Source of the DNA: Rothia sp. (in: high G+C Gram-positive bacteria)
GTDB taxonomy: Bacteria; Actinomycetota; Actinomycetes; Actinomycetales; Micrococcaceae
Length of the DNA stretch: 64,000 nucleotides
Assembly (NCBI GenBank): GCA_030524105.1
Contig: JAUNHE010000008.1
Span: 64,128 to 128,127 of the forward strand
Direction of reading: 5' to 3'
The position numbers and the translations under genes are program-made. Below the pieces are notes generated by a model. That model saw only the letters and a program-made list of their open reading frames with translations, was not told the DNA's origin and did no database searches. Numbering within the stretch: position 1 is the stretch's first letter; the number at the start of each line of letters is the position of its first letter. Below, in pieces: positions 39,843 through 50,073 of this stretch.

Positions 39843-40572
39843 AACTTTAGGGGCCTATCTTGGGCACCTGCGGGTTGTTGTGCTAGAAACCCTGCGAGAT
39901 TTTATGGCCTTGGTAGGAAATATTATTATCCCCCTCCTGTGCTTTGTCTTTTTTGTACTACCCAATTCTGCACTCACCGCAAACAGCGAACTAGCTACGG
40001 AAAGTACCCTGCAGTTAGCGGCCATGATCTCTATGTCTACCTGCTTGTTTGGCTTTAGCACCGCAATCGCCCAAGATCAGCAAACCGGCTTTGCTAGTTA
40101 TGCCAAAACTTTGCCCTACGGTATGTTGCCGCGCTATCTTGCGCATATTGTTACCGTAAGCATTGTTATGGCAGCAGGAATCCTGCTACTTTTTATTTGC
40201 GCTTTCTTTACCACGGAATTTGAGTTTACCCGGCAGCTTTTTTCTGTCTGCCTTGGGCTTTTCTTTTCCACCCTCATGTTTGGCCTGCTAGGCAGTCTTA
40301 TGGGGCGGCTGCTGAGTACAAAGTCCGTGGTGACCGTAGCGCAGCTACTCTTTTTAACCCTATCCTTTGCTGGCGGGATGCTGGTTTCTCCGTCCATCAT
40401 GCCCGAGCGTTTAAACGACCTGAGCCTACTGCTACCCTCCCGGGCAGCCCGAGACCTTATCTGCGATCTGGGCTTAGGCCTTGAGCTAGCGCCGGCCAGC
40501 CTGATTGGTATAGGAGCCTGGACGCTAGCTTTTCTGCTGGCTAACCTAACGCTACGGTTTACTCAGAAGTAA
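39835..40572 (+). CDS. ABC-2 family transporter permease
   Basis: 6-TM permease. The start MTETLGAYLGHL overlaps the ATPase stop (ATGACTGA). Confidence 0.7.
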   Translation: MTETLGAYLGHLRVVVLETLRDFMALVGNIIIPLLCFVFFVLPNSALTANSELATESTLQLAAMISMSTCLFGFSTAIAQDQQTGFASYAKTLPYGMLPRYLAHIVTVSIVMAAGILLLFICAFFTTEFEFTRQLFSVCLGLFFSTLMFGLLGSLMGRLLSTKSVVTVAQLLFLTLSFAGGMLVSPSIMPERLNDLSLLLPSRAARDLICDLGLGLELAPASLIGIGAWTLAFLLANLTLRFTQK

Positions 40573-40674
40573 GCTCTTGGGCTCTGCTAGCTCCCTTGTA
40601 GGCCCTGCAAAGTGAGGCATAGGGGGCAGTGTGCTGAGAAGTCATAATACTGCACTTTCTTTCTGGTGGAAAAC

Positions 40675-41364
40675 TTAGAGGTAGGAGCTAGAGATGGCTT
40701 GAGCTTGGTCTGTAAGAGTCTTACAGATAGCTGAACTCAGTGATTGAGCTGAGGAGCTGGGAGTGGCAACAGCTAAGACAGCAGAAATAGCTAAATCCAA
40801 GACCTGGGCAAGGTTATGTTTATGGCCTAAGGTTTGGGTGACAAAGTGTGAGGACTCAGTAAAGAAGCCCAAAAGTAGCATCTCCAGGCTTAACTGCTGC
40901 TCCTGCTCTGTCCAGTTGGCTTTAATAACGCCGTGCTGCCGCCAGATAGGCAGCAAACGACTAATAATGGCCCGCATATTGTTCTCCTGGAAGAGCTGGC
41001 GAACCGTGGGGTTATCAAAGAGGGCCCCCAGGCTTTCTTCATCGGCTGTTTGTAGGGCTCGGACGATAGATTTCTTCAGCCAGGCTTCTGCCAAGAGAGG
41101 CAGCAGCCGGTTGGGCATAGCCAGACTAGCATCTTCCTTAAGCTGTTCGGCAACCTTGCTTAAAGTCTCTTGAAGGTGCCGTGCCACTAGCTCAAGAAAA
41201 AGCTCTTCTTTGCTCCTCCAATACAGGTAGGCGGTTCCCTTGCCAACGTGTGCCCGCTGGGCAATGGTTGACATGGTGACCCCTCTAAAGCCCTGTTTGC
41301 TAAAAAGATCATCCGCTGCGGCAAGAATTTTAGCGGCCTTGCTGACGGCCTTCGCTGTGCTCAT
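40675..41364 (-). CDS. TetR-family transcriptional regulator
   Basis: An N-terminal HTH (FRGVTMSTIAQRAHVGKGTAYLYWRSKEELF) and a helical ligand-binding domain. Confidence 0.8.
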   Translation of the reverse strand: MSTAKAVSKAAKILAAADDLFSKQGFRGVTMSTIAQRAHVGKGTAYLYWRSKEELFLELVARHLQETLSKVAEQLKEDASLAMPNRLLPLLAEAWLKKSIVRALQTADEESLGALFDNPTVRQLFQENNMRAIISRLLPIWRQHGVIKANWTEQEQQLSLEMLLLGFFTESSHFVTQTLGHKHNLAQVLDLAISAVLAVATPSSSAQSLSSAICKTLTDQAQAISSSYL

Positions 41365-41413
41365 CTATGTCCCTTACAGGTAGGTTGCTAGCTTCTGCGT
41401 TAAGCATATTACA

Positions 41414-41443
41414 AACTGACCAGATTAACAATTTTGGTCAGTT
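41414..41443. promoter_or_regulatory. Inverted repeat (9-bp arms) in the TetR / monooxygenase divergent spacer; candidate TetR operator
   Basis: AACTGACCA-(12 nt)-TGGTCAGTT. Confidence 0.4.
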
Positions 41444-41460
41444 GGTCATATCTTTAATGC

Positions 41461-42717
41461 ATGACTACTTCGCATAATGTACAAAAAACCAGCAGCCGGT
41501 CCCAGGCCCTCGTTGTTGGGTTAGGAATCAGTGGAATCTCTTCTGCTATTGCCCTCTATCAGTCGGGCTGGCAGGTAACTATCGTGGAAAGGTCCCAGGC
41601 CCGTCGTCGAGGCGGTTATTTTATGGGTCTTGCGGAGATGGGCCGGCATGCAGCTAAAAGATTGGGTGCTCTTGAGGGGCTGCACAACCGAGCTAGCACT
41701 GAGCCCCAGGCAGCAAATTTTGCTATTAACCGAGAAGGCATCACCGAAAAATCGATTGGTTTTGCAGATTTGCCTGCCTCTGTTGCCCCCTGGATGGTTC
41801 TGCGTGGAGACGTCGAAAGAGCCTGCTTTGAGGCTCTGCCCGCTGAGGTAGAGATCCGCTACGACACCCGGCCCGTCACGATCAGTCAGACGGCCACAGA
41901 AGTGACGGTAACTCTAGAAAAAATAAGTAGCCAGGAAAGAAAGGAAGAAAAATTTGACCTACTGGTAGGGGCAGACGGTATTCATTCGCAGACACGCAGC
42001 CTAGTTTTTGGAGAAGAAAGCCAGTACTCACACCAACTGGGTACTATGATCTGCGCCTTTGAGCTGGCAGAAAACCCACCCGGCCTAGAGCCCGGGCAGG
42101 GCCTCATCCTGACCGAGGTAGGAAAATCCTTTTGGTTGTTCCCCTTTAAAGATCACCCGGCTACAGTACTCTTTACCTACGCTACAGAAGATCCCGCAGC
42201 CGAGCGTAAGCTTGACCCTAAGAAAAGACTCCGAGAGGTTTATGGAGACAAACCCTACGGTGATTTCATGGAATATGCGCTGGACCAGCTGGATCAGGCA
42301 GATGAATTCCTGTTTGATAGCACAGCACAAATCCGGATGGACTCCTGGCACCAGGGCAGGGTAGTGCTCGTGGGTGACTCCGCCTGGTGCCCTTCCCTCT
42401 ATTCAGGGATGGGGGCTACTCTAGGAATCGCTGGGGCAGACCTGCTGGGAGCCGCTGTTCGTAAATATCCGCACGATATAGCTCAAGCCTTACAGGAATG
42501 GGAGGCAATTCTAGGCCCCAAAGTAAAGGCGGCCCATAAACAGGGTAGGGGGTCAGGCCGCAAAAATTTTGTTTGCCTCACAGCCAAAGAATTAACCCAG
42601 CGTGAGAAAAGCATTAAAGGGCGCAGGGCCCTGCTGGGTAACCCGCTCCTTAACTTGCTCCTACCGCATACTCCATTTGCCAAAAACCGCAGTGCCGATT
42701 TAGTTCAGCTTTTGTAA
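41461..42717 (+). CDS. FAD-dependent aromatic-ring hydroxylase-type monooxygenase (UbiH/TetX-like fold)
   Basis: An N-terminal dinucleotide-binding motif VVGLGISGISSAIAL, GADGIHS and GDSAW motifs. Divergent from the TetR gene. Confidence 0.7.
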   Translation: MTTSHNVQKTSSRSQALVVGLGISGISSAIALYQSGWQVTIVERSQARRRGGYFMGLAEMGRHAAKRLGALEGLHNRASTEPQAANFAINREGITEKSIGFADLPASVAPWMVLRGDVERACFEALPAEVEIRYDTRPVTISQTATEVTVTLEKISSQERKEEKFDLLVGADGIHSQTRSLVFGEESQYSHQLGTMICAFELAENPPGLEPGQGLILTEVGKSFWLFPFKDHPATVLFTYATEDPAAERKLDPKKRLREVYGDKPYGDFMEYALDQLDQADEFLFDSTAQIRMDSWHQGRVVLVGDSAWCPSLYSGMGATLGIAGADLLGAAVRKYPHDIAQALQEWEAILGPKVKAAHKQGRGSGRKNFVCLTAKELTQREKSIKGRRALLGNPLLNLLLPHTPFAKNRSADLVQLL

Positions 42718-42770
42718 CACACCCTGTGCTGGGGGCAGAGCTAAAGGATGGCCTCTGCCCCCACCTGCGC

Positions 42771-43787
42771 TTAGGAGGCCTGGTAGCCCTCTGGGTTGTT
42801 TTTCTGCCAGTTCCAGTGGTCGCGAACCATGGTGTCAATATCACGCTGGGCGGACCACCCTAAATCTGCTAAGGCCGAGGACGGATCAGCAAAAGATACC
42901 GCAACATCACCGGGGCGCCGGTCGACAATCTTATAGGCCAACTCCTTCTGGCAAGCCTTTTCAAAGGCGTGGAGCACCTCAAGCACCGAATAACCATTAC
43001 CGGTACCCAAATTCCAGGTGTGTAAACCACCGTGACGGCAAATGTAGTCCAAGGCCTTCAAGTGGCCGTCAGCTAGGTCTACCACGTGGATGTAGTCCCG
43101 AACACCGGTACCGTCCACCGTGGGATAGTCGTTACCGAACACATTAAGATGCTCCCGCCGGCCTACCGCAACCTGGGCAATAAAGGGAACCAGATTATTA
43201 GGAATCCCGGCAGGGTCTTCTCCAATTAAGCCAGACTCGTGGGCACCCACCGGGTTAAAGTAACGCAGGAGGGCAATATTCCAGGAGGAGTCTGCAGCAG
43301 CTAGGTCCCGGAGCATATCCTCAATATGCTCCTTAGTGCGGCCATAGCAGGACTGGGCATCCATGTTAATTTTTTCGGTCAGCGGCATCTGCTCTGGTTC
43401 ACCATAGACCGTAGCTGAGGAGGAGAAGACAATAGACTTACAGCCGGCTTCTTCCATGGCATAGAGTAAATTCAGAGTTCCAGAAACGTTGGTTTGGTAA
43501 TACCACAGGGGCTTTTGCGCCGATTCACCCACCGCCTTGAGACCGGCAAAGTGAATAACAGCCTCCGGCTTAACCTGGTTAAACAGGGAGCGCATAGCCT
43601 CTAAATCCAGCAGATCAACCCGATGGAACTGGGCCTGCTTGCCGGTAATCTGCCCAACTCGACGTAGAGACTCCTCCGACGAATTGGAAAGATTGTCCAT
43701 GACCACTACCTCATGGCCAGCTTTAAGCAGTTCTAAGACGGTGTGGGATCCGATGTAACCGGCGCCGCCGGTAACCAAAATTTTCAT
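42771..43787 (-). CDS. galE: UDP-glucose 4-epimerase
   Basis: MKILVTGGAGYIGSH, a YGRTK catalytic motif and 338 aa length. Confidence 0.9.
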   Translation of the reverse strand: MKILVTGGAGYIGSHTVLELLKAGHEVVVMDNLSNSSEESLRRVGQITGKQAQFHRVDLLDLEAMRSLFNQVKPEAVIHFAGLKAVGESAQKPLWYYQTNVSGTLNLLYAMEEAGCKSIVFSSSATVYGEPEQMPLTEKINMDAQSCYGRTKEHIEDMLRDLAAADSSWNIALLRYFNPVGAHESGLIGEDPAGIPNNLVPFIAQVAVGRREHLNVFGNDYPTVDGTGVRDYIHVVDLADGHLKALDYICRHGGLHTWNLGTGNGYSVLEVLHAFEKACQKELAYKIVDRRPGDVAVSFADPSSALADLGWSAQRDIDTMVRDHWNWQKNNPEGYQAS

Positions 43788-43896
43788 TTTGTCTCCTTCT
43801 AAGCCTGTAAATGAGCGGGGATCTTCCTACAACTTTACCGGCATATTGCCAGATAAACACCCACAAACTTCCGGCACAAAGACCTACAAATGCCTG

Positions 43897-44853
43897 TTAG
43901 TTGCGGTGGAGGGCAGCATTAAGCTCTACCGTGTTCTTAGCCCGGGGCAGAACTTCAATGCCACCCGAAAGGGAATTGCGGCGGAAGAGCAGGTTTGCTA
44001 CCCCAGAAAGACTGGCAGCTTTAACAATCTTGGTCTCCTGGCCCTCCTGGATCACGCTGACAGGTGAACCGGCGGTGACGTAGAGGCCGGCTTCTACAAC
44101 ACAATCGTCCCCCAGGGCAATACCGATGCCCGCCTCAGCACCCAGTAAACAGCGCTGGCCGAGGGAAACACGCTGGCTCCCACCGCCAGAGAGTGTGCCC
44201 ATGGTGGAGGCGCCGCCGCCAATATCAGAACCATCACCGACCACAACACCCTGCGAAATCCGGCCCTCCACCATCGAGGTTCCCAGGGTACCGGCATTAA
44301 AGTTAACAAAACCTTCGTGCATGACCGTTGTTCCCGGGGCTAGGTGCGCTCCCAGGCGCACCCTATCGGCGTCTCCAATACGCACTCCCTCAGGGATCAC
44401 ATAGTCCAGCATGCGGGGAAACTTATCAACATGGCTGATGCTGACCTGACCGCGCCTACGCAGCTTGGGCAGCAAACGCCCGGCTTCACTAGCCAGGATA
44501 GGGCCAAAATTGGTCCAGGCAACATTGGCTAGTTTGCCAAAAAGCCCCTCAAGATTAATGCTGTTAGGTTGGACCAGGCAGTGGGAGAGCAAATGCAGGC
44601 GCAGATAGGCATCGGCGGTATCTGCCGGGGGCTCAGAAACATTAATCTGTAGCTCAACCAGGTCTAGGTAAACATTACGATCGGGGTCTTGCCCTAGCAG
44701 GTCCGTTAGTTCAGCCCGAACTTCCTCTACAGGCTGAGCAGATAAGGACGGCTGTGGAAACCAGACATCCAGAACGGTTCCCCGGTTGCTGCCCTGCTGG
44801 ACGATGGTCGCCAAACCTATACCGGAAGCTAATGAAGCAGTATTTTCAGTCAT
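43897..44853 (-). CDS. dapD: 2,3,4,5-tetrahydropyridine-2,6-dicarboxylate N-succinyltransferase (actinobacterial long DapD)
   Basis: Left-handed beta-helix hexapeptide repeats (GAHLAPGTTVMHEGFVNFNAGTLG...). Divergent from dapE as in Corynebacterium. The start is taken at MTENTAS. Confidence 0.7.
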   Translation of the reverse strand: MTENTASLASGIGLATIVQQGSNRGTVLDVWFPQPSLSAQPVEEVRAELTDLLGQDPDRNVYLDLVELQINVSEPPADTADAYLRLHLLSHCLVQPNSINLEGLFGKLANVAWTNFGPILASEAGRLLPKLRRRGQVSISHVDKFPRMLDYVIPEGVRIGDADRVRLGAHLAPGTTVMHEGFVNFNAGTLGTSMVEGRISQGVVVGDGSDIGGGASTMGTLSGGGSQRVSLGQRCLLGAEAGIGIALGDDCVVEAGLYVTAGSPVSVIQEGQETKIVKAASLSGVANLLFRRNSLSGGIEVLPRAKNTVELNAALHRN

Positions 44854-44958
44854 AGCCTTTAGTTTAGTGGCTGAAGAAGCCGATCGCATAGTCACGCCGG
44901 TTTCTCAAGGCAGACTTATGGGATAGGTCTGTCGGCTTTGCTCTAGTAGAGTGGAGCC

Positions 44959-46107
44959 ATGACTGAGCTAGACGCTAAAGATATCCAGCAGCTAAAAAAA
45001 CACGCTCCGCAAGCCTTGGACCTTAACGGGGATCTAGGCACCCTAACCGAAGACCTCATTAATACCTATTCCGTCTCTGGCTCTGAGAAAGAGCTGGCAG
45101 ACCTCATAACGGCTGCACTGAGCCAGCACAAACAGCTGGAGCTTACCCGCGACGGTAATGCTCTGATTGCCCGCACCAACTGGGCTAAAGCAGAACGAAT
45201 TATTTTGGCCGGACATCTTGATACGGTACCCCTGCCTGACCAAGCTGGCTCCCTAGGTACCTTACCGGCCAGCTGGCAAGAGGAAGAAGGCCAGCAGCTC
45301 CTCTACGGTCGAGGAGCAGTGGACATGAAAGGTGGACTTGCCGTTCAGCTGGCTTTAGCTGCTGCCCTAACCGATGCCGCCTATGACATCACCTTTGTTT
45401 TTTACGATCAGGAAGAAGTCGCCTCCAACCTCTCTGGTCTAGGCAGGCTCATGCGAAGGCGGCAAGAGCTGCTCACCGACGCAGCCTTTGCCGTACTGCT
45501 AGAGCCCACCTTAGGAAAAATTGAAGGTGGCTGTAACGGCAGCCTGCGATTTTGGATCCACACCACCGGCTTAAGGGCCCATAGTGGACGGTCCTGGGTG
45601 GGAAAAAACGCCATCCATGCCCTCCAACCCCTGCTCCAGATACTGGGGGACTACCAGCCAGCTACCTATGAGGTGGAAGGTTTAGCTTATAGGGAAGGGC
45701 TCAACGCTGTGCAGATTGCCGGAGGTGTTGCTGGTAACGTTATTCCCGACCGGGCATCGCTACACATCAACTATCGGTTTGCCCCCAATAAGAGCCTAGA
45801 TCAGGCTATTGCCCACATGCAGGAGGTTTTTAGTGGCTATAGCCTGGATCTTGTGGATCAGTCCGCTGCCGCCAGGCCCGGCCTAGACAGCCCGATAGCC
45901 CAGTCCCTGCTCCAGGCGGTTGGGCAGCAGGCACTGCCCAAATACGGGTGGACAGATGTTGCCCGCTTCTCTCAAGTGGGTATTCCTGCAGTTAACTTTG
46001 GGCCGGGGGACGCCTTGCTGGCCCACGCCGACATGGAGCACCTTAGCCTGGATAACCTCCAAGCCTGCTACCGCAGCCTCAAGAATTGGCTGCAAACCGG
46101 CCTCTAA
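44959..46107 (+). CDS. dapE: Succinyl-diaminopimelate desuccinylase (M20 peptidase)
   Basis: M20 family motifs (ILAGHLDTVP, GRGAVDMKGG, a dimerisation domain); 382 aa. Confidence 0.75.
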   Translation: MTELDAKDIQQLKKHAPQALDLNGDLGTLTEDLINTYSVSGSEKELADLITAALSQHKQLELTRDGNALIARTNWAKAERIILAGHLDTVPLPDQAGSLGTLPASWQEEEGQQLLYGRGAVDMKGGLAVQLALAAALTDAAYDITFVFYDQEEVASNLSGLGRLMRRRQELLTDAAFAVLLEPTLGKIEGGCNGSLRFWIHTTGLRAHSGRSWVGKNAIHALQPLLQILGDYQPATYEVEGLAYREGLNAVQIAGGVAGNVIPDRASLHINYRFAPNKSLDQAIAHMQEVFSGYSLDLVDQSAAARPGLDSPIAQSLLQAVGQQALPKYGWTDVARFSQVGIPAVNFGPGDALLAHADMEHLSLDNLQACYRSLKNWLQTGL

Positions 46108-46136
46108 GCCTTGAAGACTGGGCCGGCTTGTAGCCC

Positions 46137-47039
46137 CTAGGCCTTGGGCAGTTTAAACATTTGTATGGTTGCCGGGTTGGGGTTATCAACCTCACCCGGA
46201 ATACCATCGGCCTTTTTAATACCGCTGGAAGAGCGAGACTTTAAGAAGCCCGAGAGCCAGGTGGCCAAAGAAGTCAAAGCAAAGTTAATAACAACAAAAA
46301 GCAAGGCAGCCAAAAGCAGGGTTTGCAGAATATTACCTTCTCCAGACCCAAAACGACGGGCAGCAGCCAGGAGCTCTGGGTAGGAAATAATATAGCCCAG
46401 AGCAGTATCCTTAAGAATCACCACAAACTGGGAAACCAAAGACGGAAGCATGGTCATCATAGCCTGGGGCATCAAAATAGTACGCAGTACCTGGCCTGGG
46501 CCCAGACCAATGGCTAGGCCGGCCTCACCCTGCCCCTTAGGAAGCTGCTTAACGCCGGAGCGCAGCAGTTCAGCAATAACAGAGCCGTTATAGAGAGTCA
46601 AACCCAGGATGACTGCAATAAAGGGGAGCTCCTGGGGGGAAAAGACAGAAAATTTTCCCAAAAAGAGCCAGAAAAAGATCATCATAATCAGCACTGGCAC
46701 GGCCCTAAAAAATTCCACAATAACAGTGGCAACTGAGCGAGCTAACCGGCTAGTCATCAGCCTCATATAACCAAAGACCATGCCAAAAACCAGGGAAGTT
46801 AACACAGAAATCAGAGCAGCCCTGAGGGTCGACACAATTCCGGGAATAAAATAGTATTCCCAGGCCCGGACCGTAAAGAGGGCCGTCCATTTTTCTGCCT
46901 CAAGCTGGCCCTGCCGCTGCATCACCAGCAAAATATAGGCCACAAAAATCAGCAGCAGGACAATAGCCACACCGTTAAAAATGCTAGTTAGCCGTCTGCC
47001 GCGGGGGCCGGGGGTATCAAATAAAACCGATGCGCTCAT
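46137..47039 (-). CDS. gluD: Glutamate ABC transporter permease GluD
   Basis: Polar amino-acid ABC permease with the EAA loop (GLGPGQVLRTILMPQA). The start overlaps the gluC stop by 4 nt. Confidence 0.75.
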   Translation of the reverse strand: MSASVLFDTPGPRGRRLTSIFNGVAIVLLLIFVAYILLVMQRQGQLEAEKWTALFTVRAWEYYFIPGIVSTLRAALISVLTSLVFGMVFGYMRLMTSRLARSVATVIVEFFRAVPVLIMMIFFWLFLGKFSVFSPQELPFIAVILGLTLYNGSVIAELLRSGVKQLPKGQGEAGLAIGLGPGQVLRTILMPQAMMTMLPSLVSQFVVILKDTALGYIISYPELLAAARRFGSGEGNILQTLLLAALLFVVINFALTSLATWLSGFLKSRSSSGIKKADGIPGEVDNPNPATIQMFKLPKA

Positions 47040-47719
47040 CGTTTCACCGCCAATCTACGGGAAGCCCACGTGGTTAGGATGCCAATGGGGACAACAATAA
47101 TGACAAACCCCATAGCAAAAACAAAAAAGATTAAAAAGATCAGGTCTGAATCAAACTCGATCATAGATTTCATCATGCCCGAGGCTTCTGCGACCGAGGC
47201 AACCGTAGCAACGGTTGTATTTTTGGCCAAGGCAATGAGGGTATTGCCCATAGGGGTAATAGAACCCCGCAAAGCCTGGGGAAAAATAATATGCCGGGCC
47301 GCTGGAAAAAACCCAAGGCCAATAGCGCGAGCTGCCTCTGCCTGGCCAACCGGAACCGTATTAACCCCCGATCGAATGGCCTCACAAATAAAGGCTGCAT
47401 GGTAGATTGCCAACACGATCACGGCATAGATAAAGAAATTTGCTTTAAAATCTGAGACCAGCTGCAACTGAAACTGGGTCCATACGCCCAAAATAGCCAG
47501 CGTCATAAGAATAGTGAGCGGCGTATTACGAAACAAATGCACGTAGGCAGCGCCGGCAAACCGGAGGGAGGGCACCGGGCTGATTCGCATCAGCGCCAAG
47601 ATAGAGCCCAGGACAAAGGAACCTAGGCCAGCCCAAAAGGTTAGCTGAACATTGACCCAAAACGCTTCAAAAACATTGTAGGTTTCAAAGAGCGTGGAGA
47701 GCTGTTGACCGAAATTCAC
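47036..47719 (-). CDS. gluC: Glutamate ABC transporter permease GluC
   Basis: HisM/GlnP-type permease with an EAARAIGLGFFPAARHIIFPQA EAA motif. Confidence 0.75.
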   Translation of the reverse strand: MNFGQQLSTLFETYNVFEAFWVNVQLTFWAGLGSFVLGSILALMRISPVPSLRFAGAAYVHLFRNTPLTILMTLAILGVWTQFQLQLVSDFKANFFIYAVIVLAIYHAAFICEAIRSGVNTVPVGQAEAARAIGLGFFPAARHIIFPQALRGSITPMGNTLIALAKNTTVATVASVAEASGMMKSMIEFDSDLIFLIFFVFAMGFVIIVVPIGILTTWASRRLAVKR

Positions 47720-47755
47720 GGGAGTCTCCGTTTCTAAAAAAAGGGTAGGGATAAA

Positions 47756-48610
47756 TTACTTGTCAGTGGACGGGGTAGCACAGCTAGAACCCGGATGAGG
47801 TGGATTAAGCGTGGAATTATAGTGAAAGCCCGATTGCCCAACATTTTTTTCTAAGGCTTTAAGCCATTCACCGCTGCTGACCATCTTATTAATAGCTGCA
47901 TTAATAGCCTGGCAGCGATCGGAGCCCTTGGGCAGGCCCACCCCGTACCGTTCTTCGGTAAAGGTATTGCCAACCAGCTTGAGCTTACCCTTATTGGCCT
48001 TGGTAGCACCCAGGCCAGCCAAGATAATATCGTCGGTGGTCACTGCATCTACCATGCCGGCGTTGAGGGCAACAACACAGTCAGAGTAAGAATTTTGCTG
48101 CACCAACTGAACATTGGAGGCAAATTTATCCTGAATTTTCTTAGCTGAGGTGGAGCCAGTAACAGAGCAGAGATCTTTTCCGTTCAGAGATTCTGGCCCA
48201 CTAATATCGGTGTTATCCGCTTTAACCAGCAGGTCCTGACCGGCAATAAAATAAGGGCCGGCAAAATCTATGGTTTTAAGGCGGGTATCGCTAATAGAGT
48301 AGGTGGCAAGAATCATGTCTACCTGGCCATTGGCCAGCATATTCTCTCGGTTAGACGAAGGGGACTCTACCCATTCAATCTCTTCTTCACTGTAGCCAAG
48401 CTCCTGGGCTATATAGCGGGCGACATCGGTATCAAAACCGGTGTATTCTTTGCCGTCCTGATAACCCAGCCCGGGTTGATCGTATTTGATGCCAATCCGG
48501 ATTTTATCTGTGCCAGAATCGCTGGAACAGCCGCTAAGGCTTAGACAAGCCACTGCCAGCAAGGCAGCGCAAACCCGCATTTTTTTGAGTAAGGTTTTTT
48601 TCAGTGTCAT
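47756..48610 (-). CDS. gluB: Glutamate-binding lipoprotein GluB
   Basis: Lipobox LSGCSS and a family-3 solute-binding fold. Confidence 0.75.
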   Translation of the reverse strand: MTLKKTLLKKMRVCAALLAVACLSLSGCSSDSGTDKIRIGIKYDQPGLGYQDGKEYTGFDTDVARYIAQELGYSEEEIEWVESPSSNRENMLANGQVDMILATYSISDTRLKTIDFAGPYFIAGQDLLVKADNTDISGPESLNGKDLCSVTGSTSAKKIQDKFASNVQLVQQNSYSDCVVALNAGMVDAVTTDDIILAGLGATKANKGKLKLVGNTFTEERYGVGLPKGSDRCQAINAAINKMVSSGEWLKALEKNVGQSGFHYNSTLNPPHPGSSCATPSTDK

Positions 48611-48621
48611 GCTTGTCCCTC

Positions 48622-49362
48622 CTAGTGATTAAGGATCTTGGAGAGGAAGTCCCGAGCGCGCTCGCTCTTGGGATTGTTAAAGAATTCTTGGGGGCTAGCC
48701 TGCTCAACAATTTCTCCGTCGGCCAAGAAGACAATGCGGTCTGCTGCCTTACGGGCAAATCCCATTTCGTGAGTGACCACGATCATGGTCATGCCTTCTT
48801 TAGCTAAGGAGACCATGGTGTCTAAGACCTCGTTGACCATCTCTGGGTCCAGGGCAGACGTGGGTTCGTCAAAAAGCATAACTTTAGGTTTCATGGCCAA
48901 GGCCCGGGCAATGGCAACACGCTGCTGCTGGCCGCCGGACAGCTGGGCAGGCATTTTATGAGCCTGGGATTCTACTCCCACCTTGGTGAGCAGGTCCATG
49001 GCTACTTTTTCGGCCTCATCCTTGGATAGGCCGCGTACCTTACGCGGCCCTAAAGTGACGTTATCCAGAATTGATTTATGGGCAAAAAGATTAAAAGCCT
49101 GAAAAACCATACCCACTTCAGCTCTGAGGCTGGCTAGGGCTTTTCCTTCTTCGGGTAGTTCTTTACCATCAATATAGATTGTTCCCGAGTCAATAGTTTC
49201 CAAGCGGTTAATAGTTCTACAGAGTGTGGATTTTCCCGAACCTGAAGGCCCCAAAAGGATGATTACTTCTCCCTTGGCTACCTCTAGGTTAATATCTTTG
49301 AGCACATGGAGCTCGCCGTAATGTTTATTGACGGCTTTAAGCTGAACCAGCGAATCGCTCAT
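48622..49362 (-). CDS. gluA: Glutamate ABC transporter ATP-binding protein GluA
   Basis: [26 protein letters not shown] and [10 protein letters not shown] motifs. The start is taken at MSDSLVQ (the track ORF is 16 codons longer). Confidence 0.85.
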   Translation of the reverse strand: MSDSLVQLKAVNKHYGELHVLKDINLEVAKGEVIILLGPSGSGKSTLCRTINRLETIDSGTIYIDGKELPEEGKALASLRAEVGMVFQAFNLFAHKSILDNVTLGPRKVRGLSKDEAEKVAMDLLTKVGVESQAHKMPAQLSGGQQQRVAIARALAMKPKVMLFDEPTSALDPEMVNEVLDTMVSLAKEGMTMIVVTHEMGFARKAADRIVFLADGEIVEQASPQEFFNNPKSERARDFLSKILNH

Positions 49363-49454
49363 TTGCTTTCTCCTTGCAGAATGTGTGCTGACCTTTGACG
49401 GATAGGGCAAGGGTAAGAGACCAGGCCTTGGCCACCATCGGGCAGGTGATTATT

Positions 49455-49500
49455 GTGTGATTCACAGAATACACTTTTTTGTAGGCGGGTGTTACCTGCC
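49455..49500. promoter_or_regulatory. Nested inverted repeats in the gluA promoter region
   Basis: An inner dyad GTGTGATTCACAGAATACAC (contains the TGTGAtTCACA palindrome) enclosed by outer arms ggcaggtga...ttacctgcc; a T6 run follows the inner dyad. Confidence 0.35.
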
Positions 49501-49676
49501 ACCTGCGCCAAGACCTAAATGGGTTAATGTGCTGCAATATATGGGTTGATGTCGGTAGATTAGCAGGTAGGATTGGCCGGGTGGGCCGGCTTAAAGTTTT
49601 TGTCTTGCTGCGGTCTATCAGCTTTGAGGGGCCCTAACCTGTAAGAAATTACCAGGGGCATAATGAGGGGATAGGG

Positions 49677-49982
49677 ATGAATTATCTTTTAGTAGCTTTT
49701 ACTTTTCTCATGCTAACGGCCAGCATGGCGGGCTTAGCCATGCTGGGTACAGATCGTCTTTTTCCAGGCCGGAAGGCTATTGGCTATTTTAGCCAGGACG
49801 GTATTGAGCTAGAGCCCGGCCAGCAGCCGCCCCTGCTGATCTCTTCTACCCTAGACTCCGAGTCCCTCACTAAGCTATCTTTTTCTACAGCCCTTCTTGG
49901 CTACAACAAAGACGAGGTGGACCAGCTCTTGACCCGCCTGATTCAAGAGAACGAAAGATTACGGCAGCAAGAGAAGGTTTAG
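49677..49982 (+). CDS. DivIVA-domain small membrane protein
   Basis: An N-terminal TM helix, then FSTALLGYNKDEVDQLLTRLIQENERLRQQ, which matches the DivIVA N-terminal motif (RGYdxxEVDxFL). Confidence 0.45.
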   Translation: MNYLLVAFTFLMLTASMAGLAMLGTDRLFPGRKAIGYFSQDGIELEPGQQPPLLISSTLDSESLTKLSFSTALLGYNKDEVDQLLTRLIQENERLRQQEKV

Positions 49983-50073
49983 GCTCATTATTCCAGCACA
50001 GTTTTCTATTAGCGCTTACCTTTACCGGGTTTACCTTTCCTTCCGGCATCGCTTTAGCTACCTGCCTTCCTGG

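Noticed and set aside
49455-49474. CRP/GlxR-type site (TGTGA...TCACA) upstream of gluA
   Set aside because: The two half-sites are separated by 1 nt, not the required 6. It was kept only as a generic dyad, not as a GlxR site.
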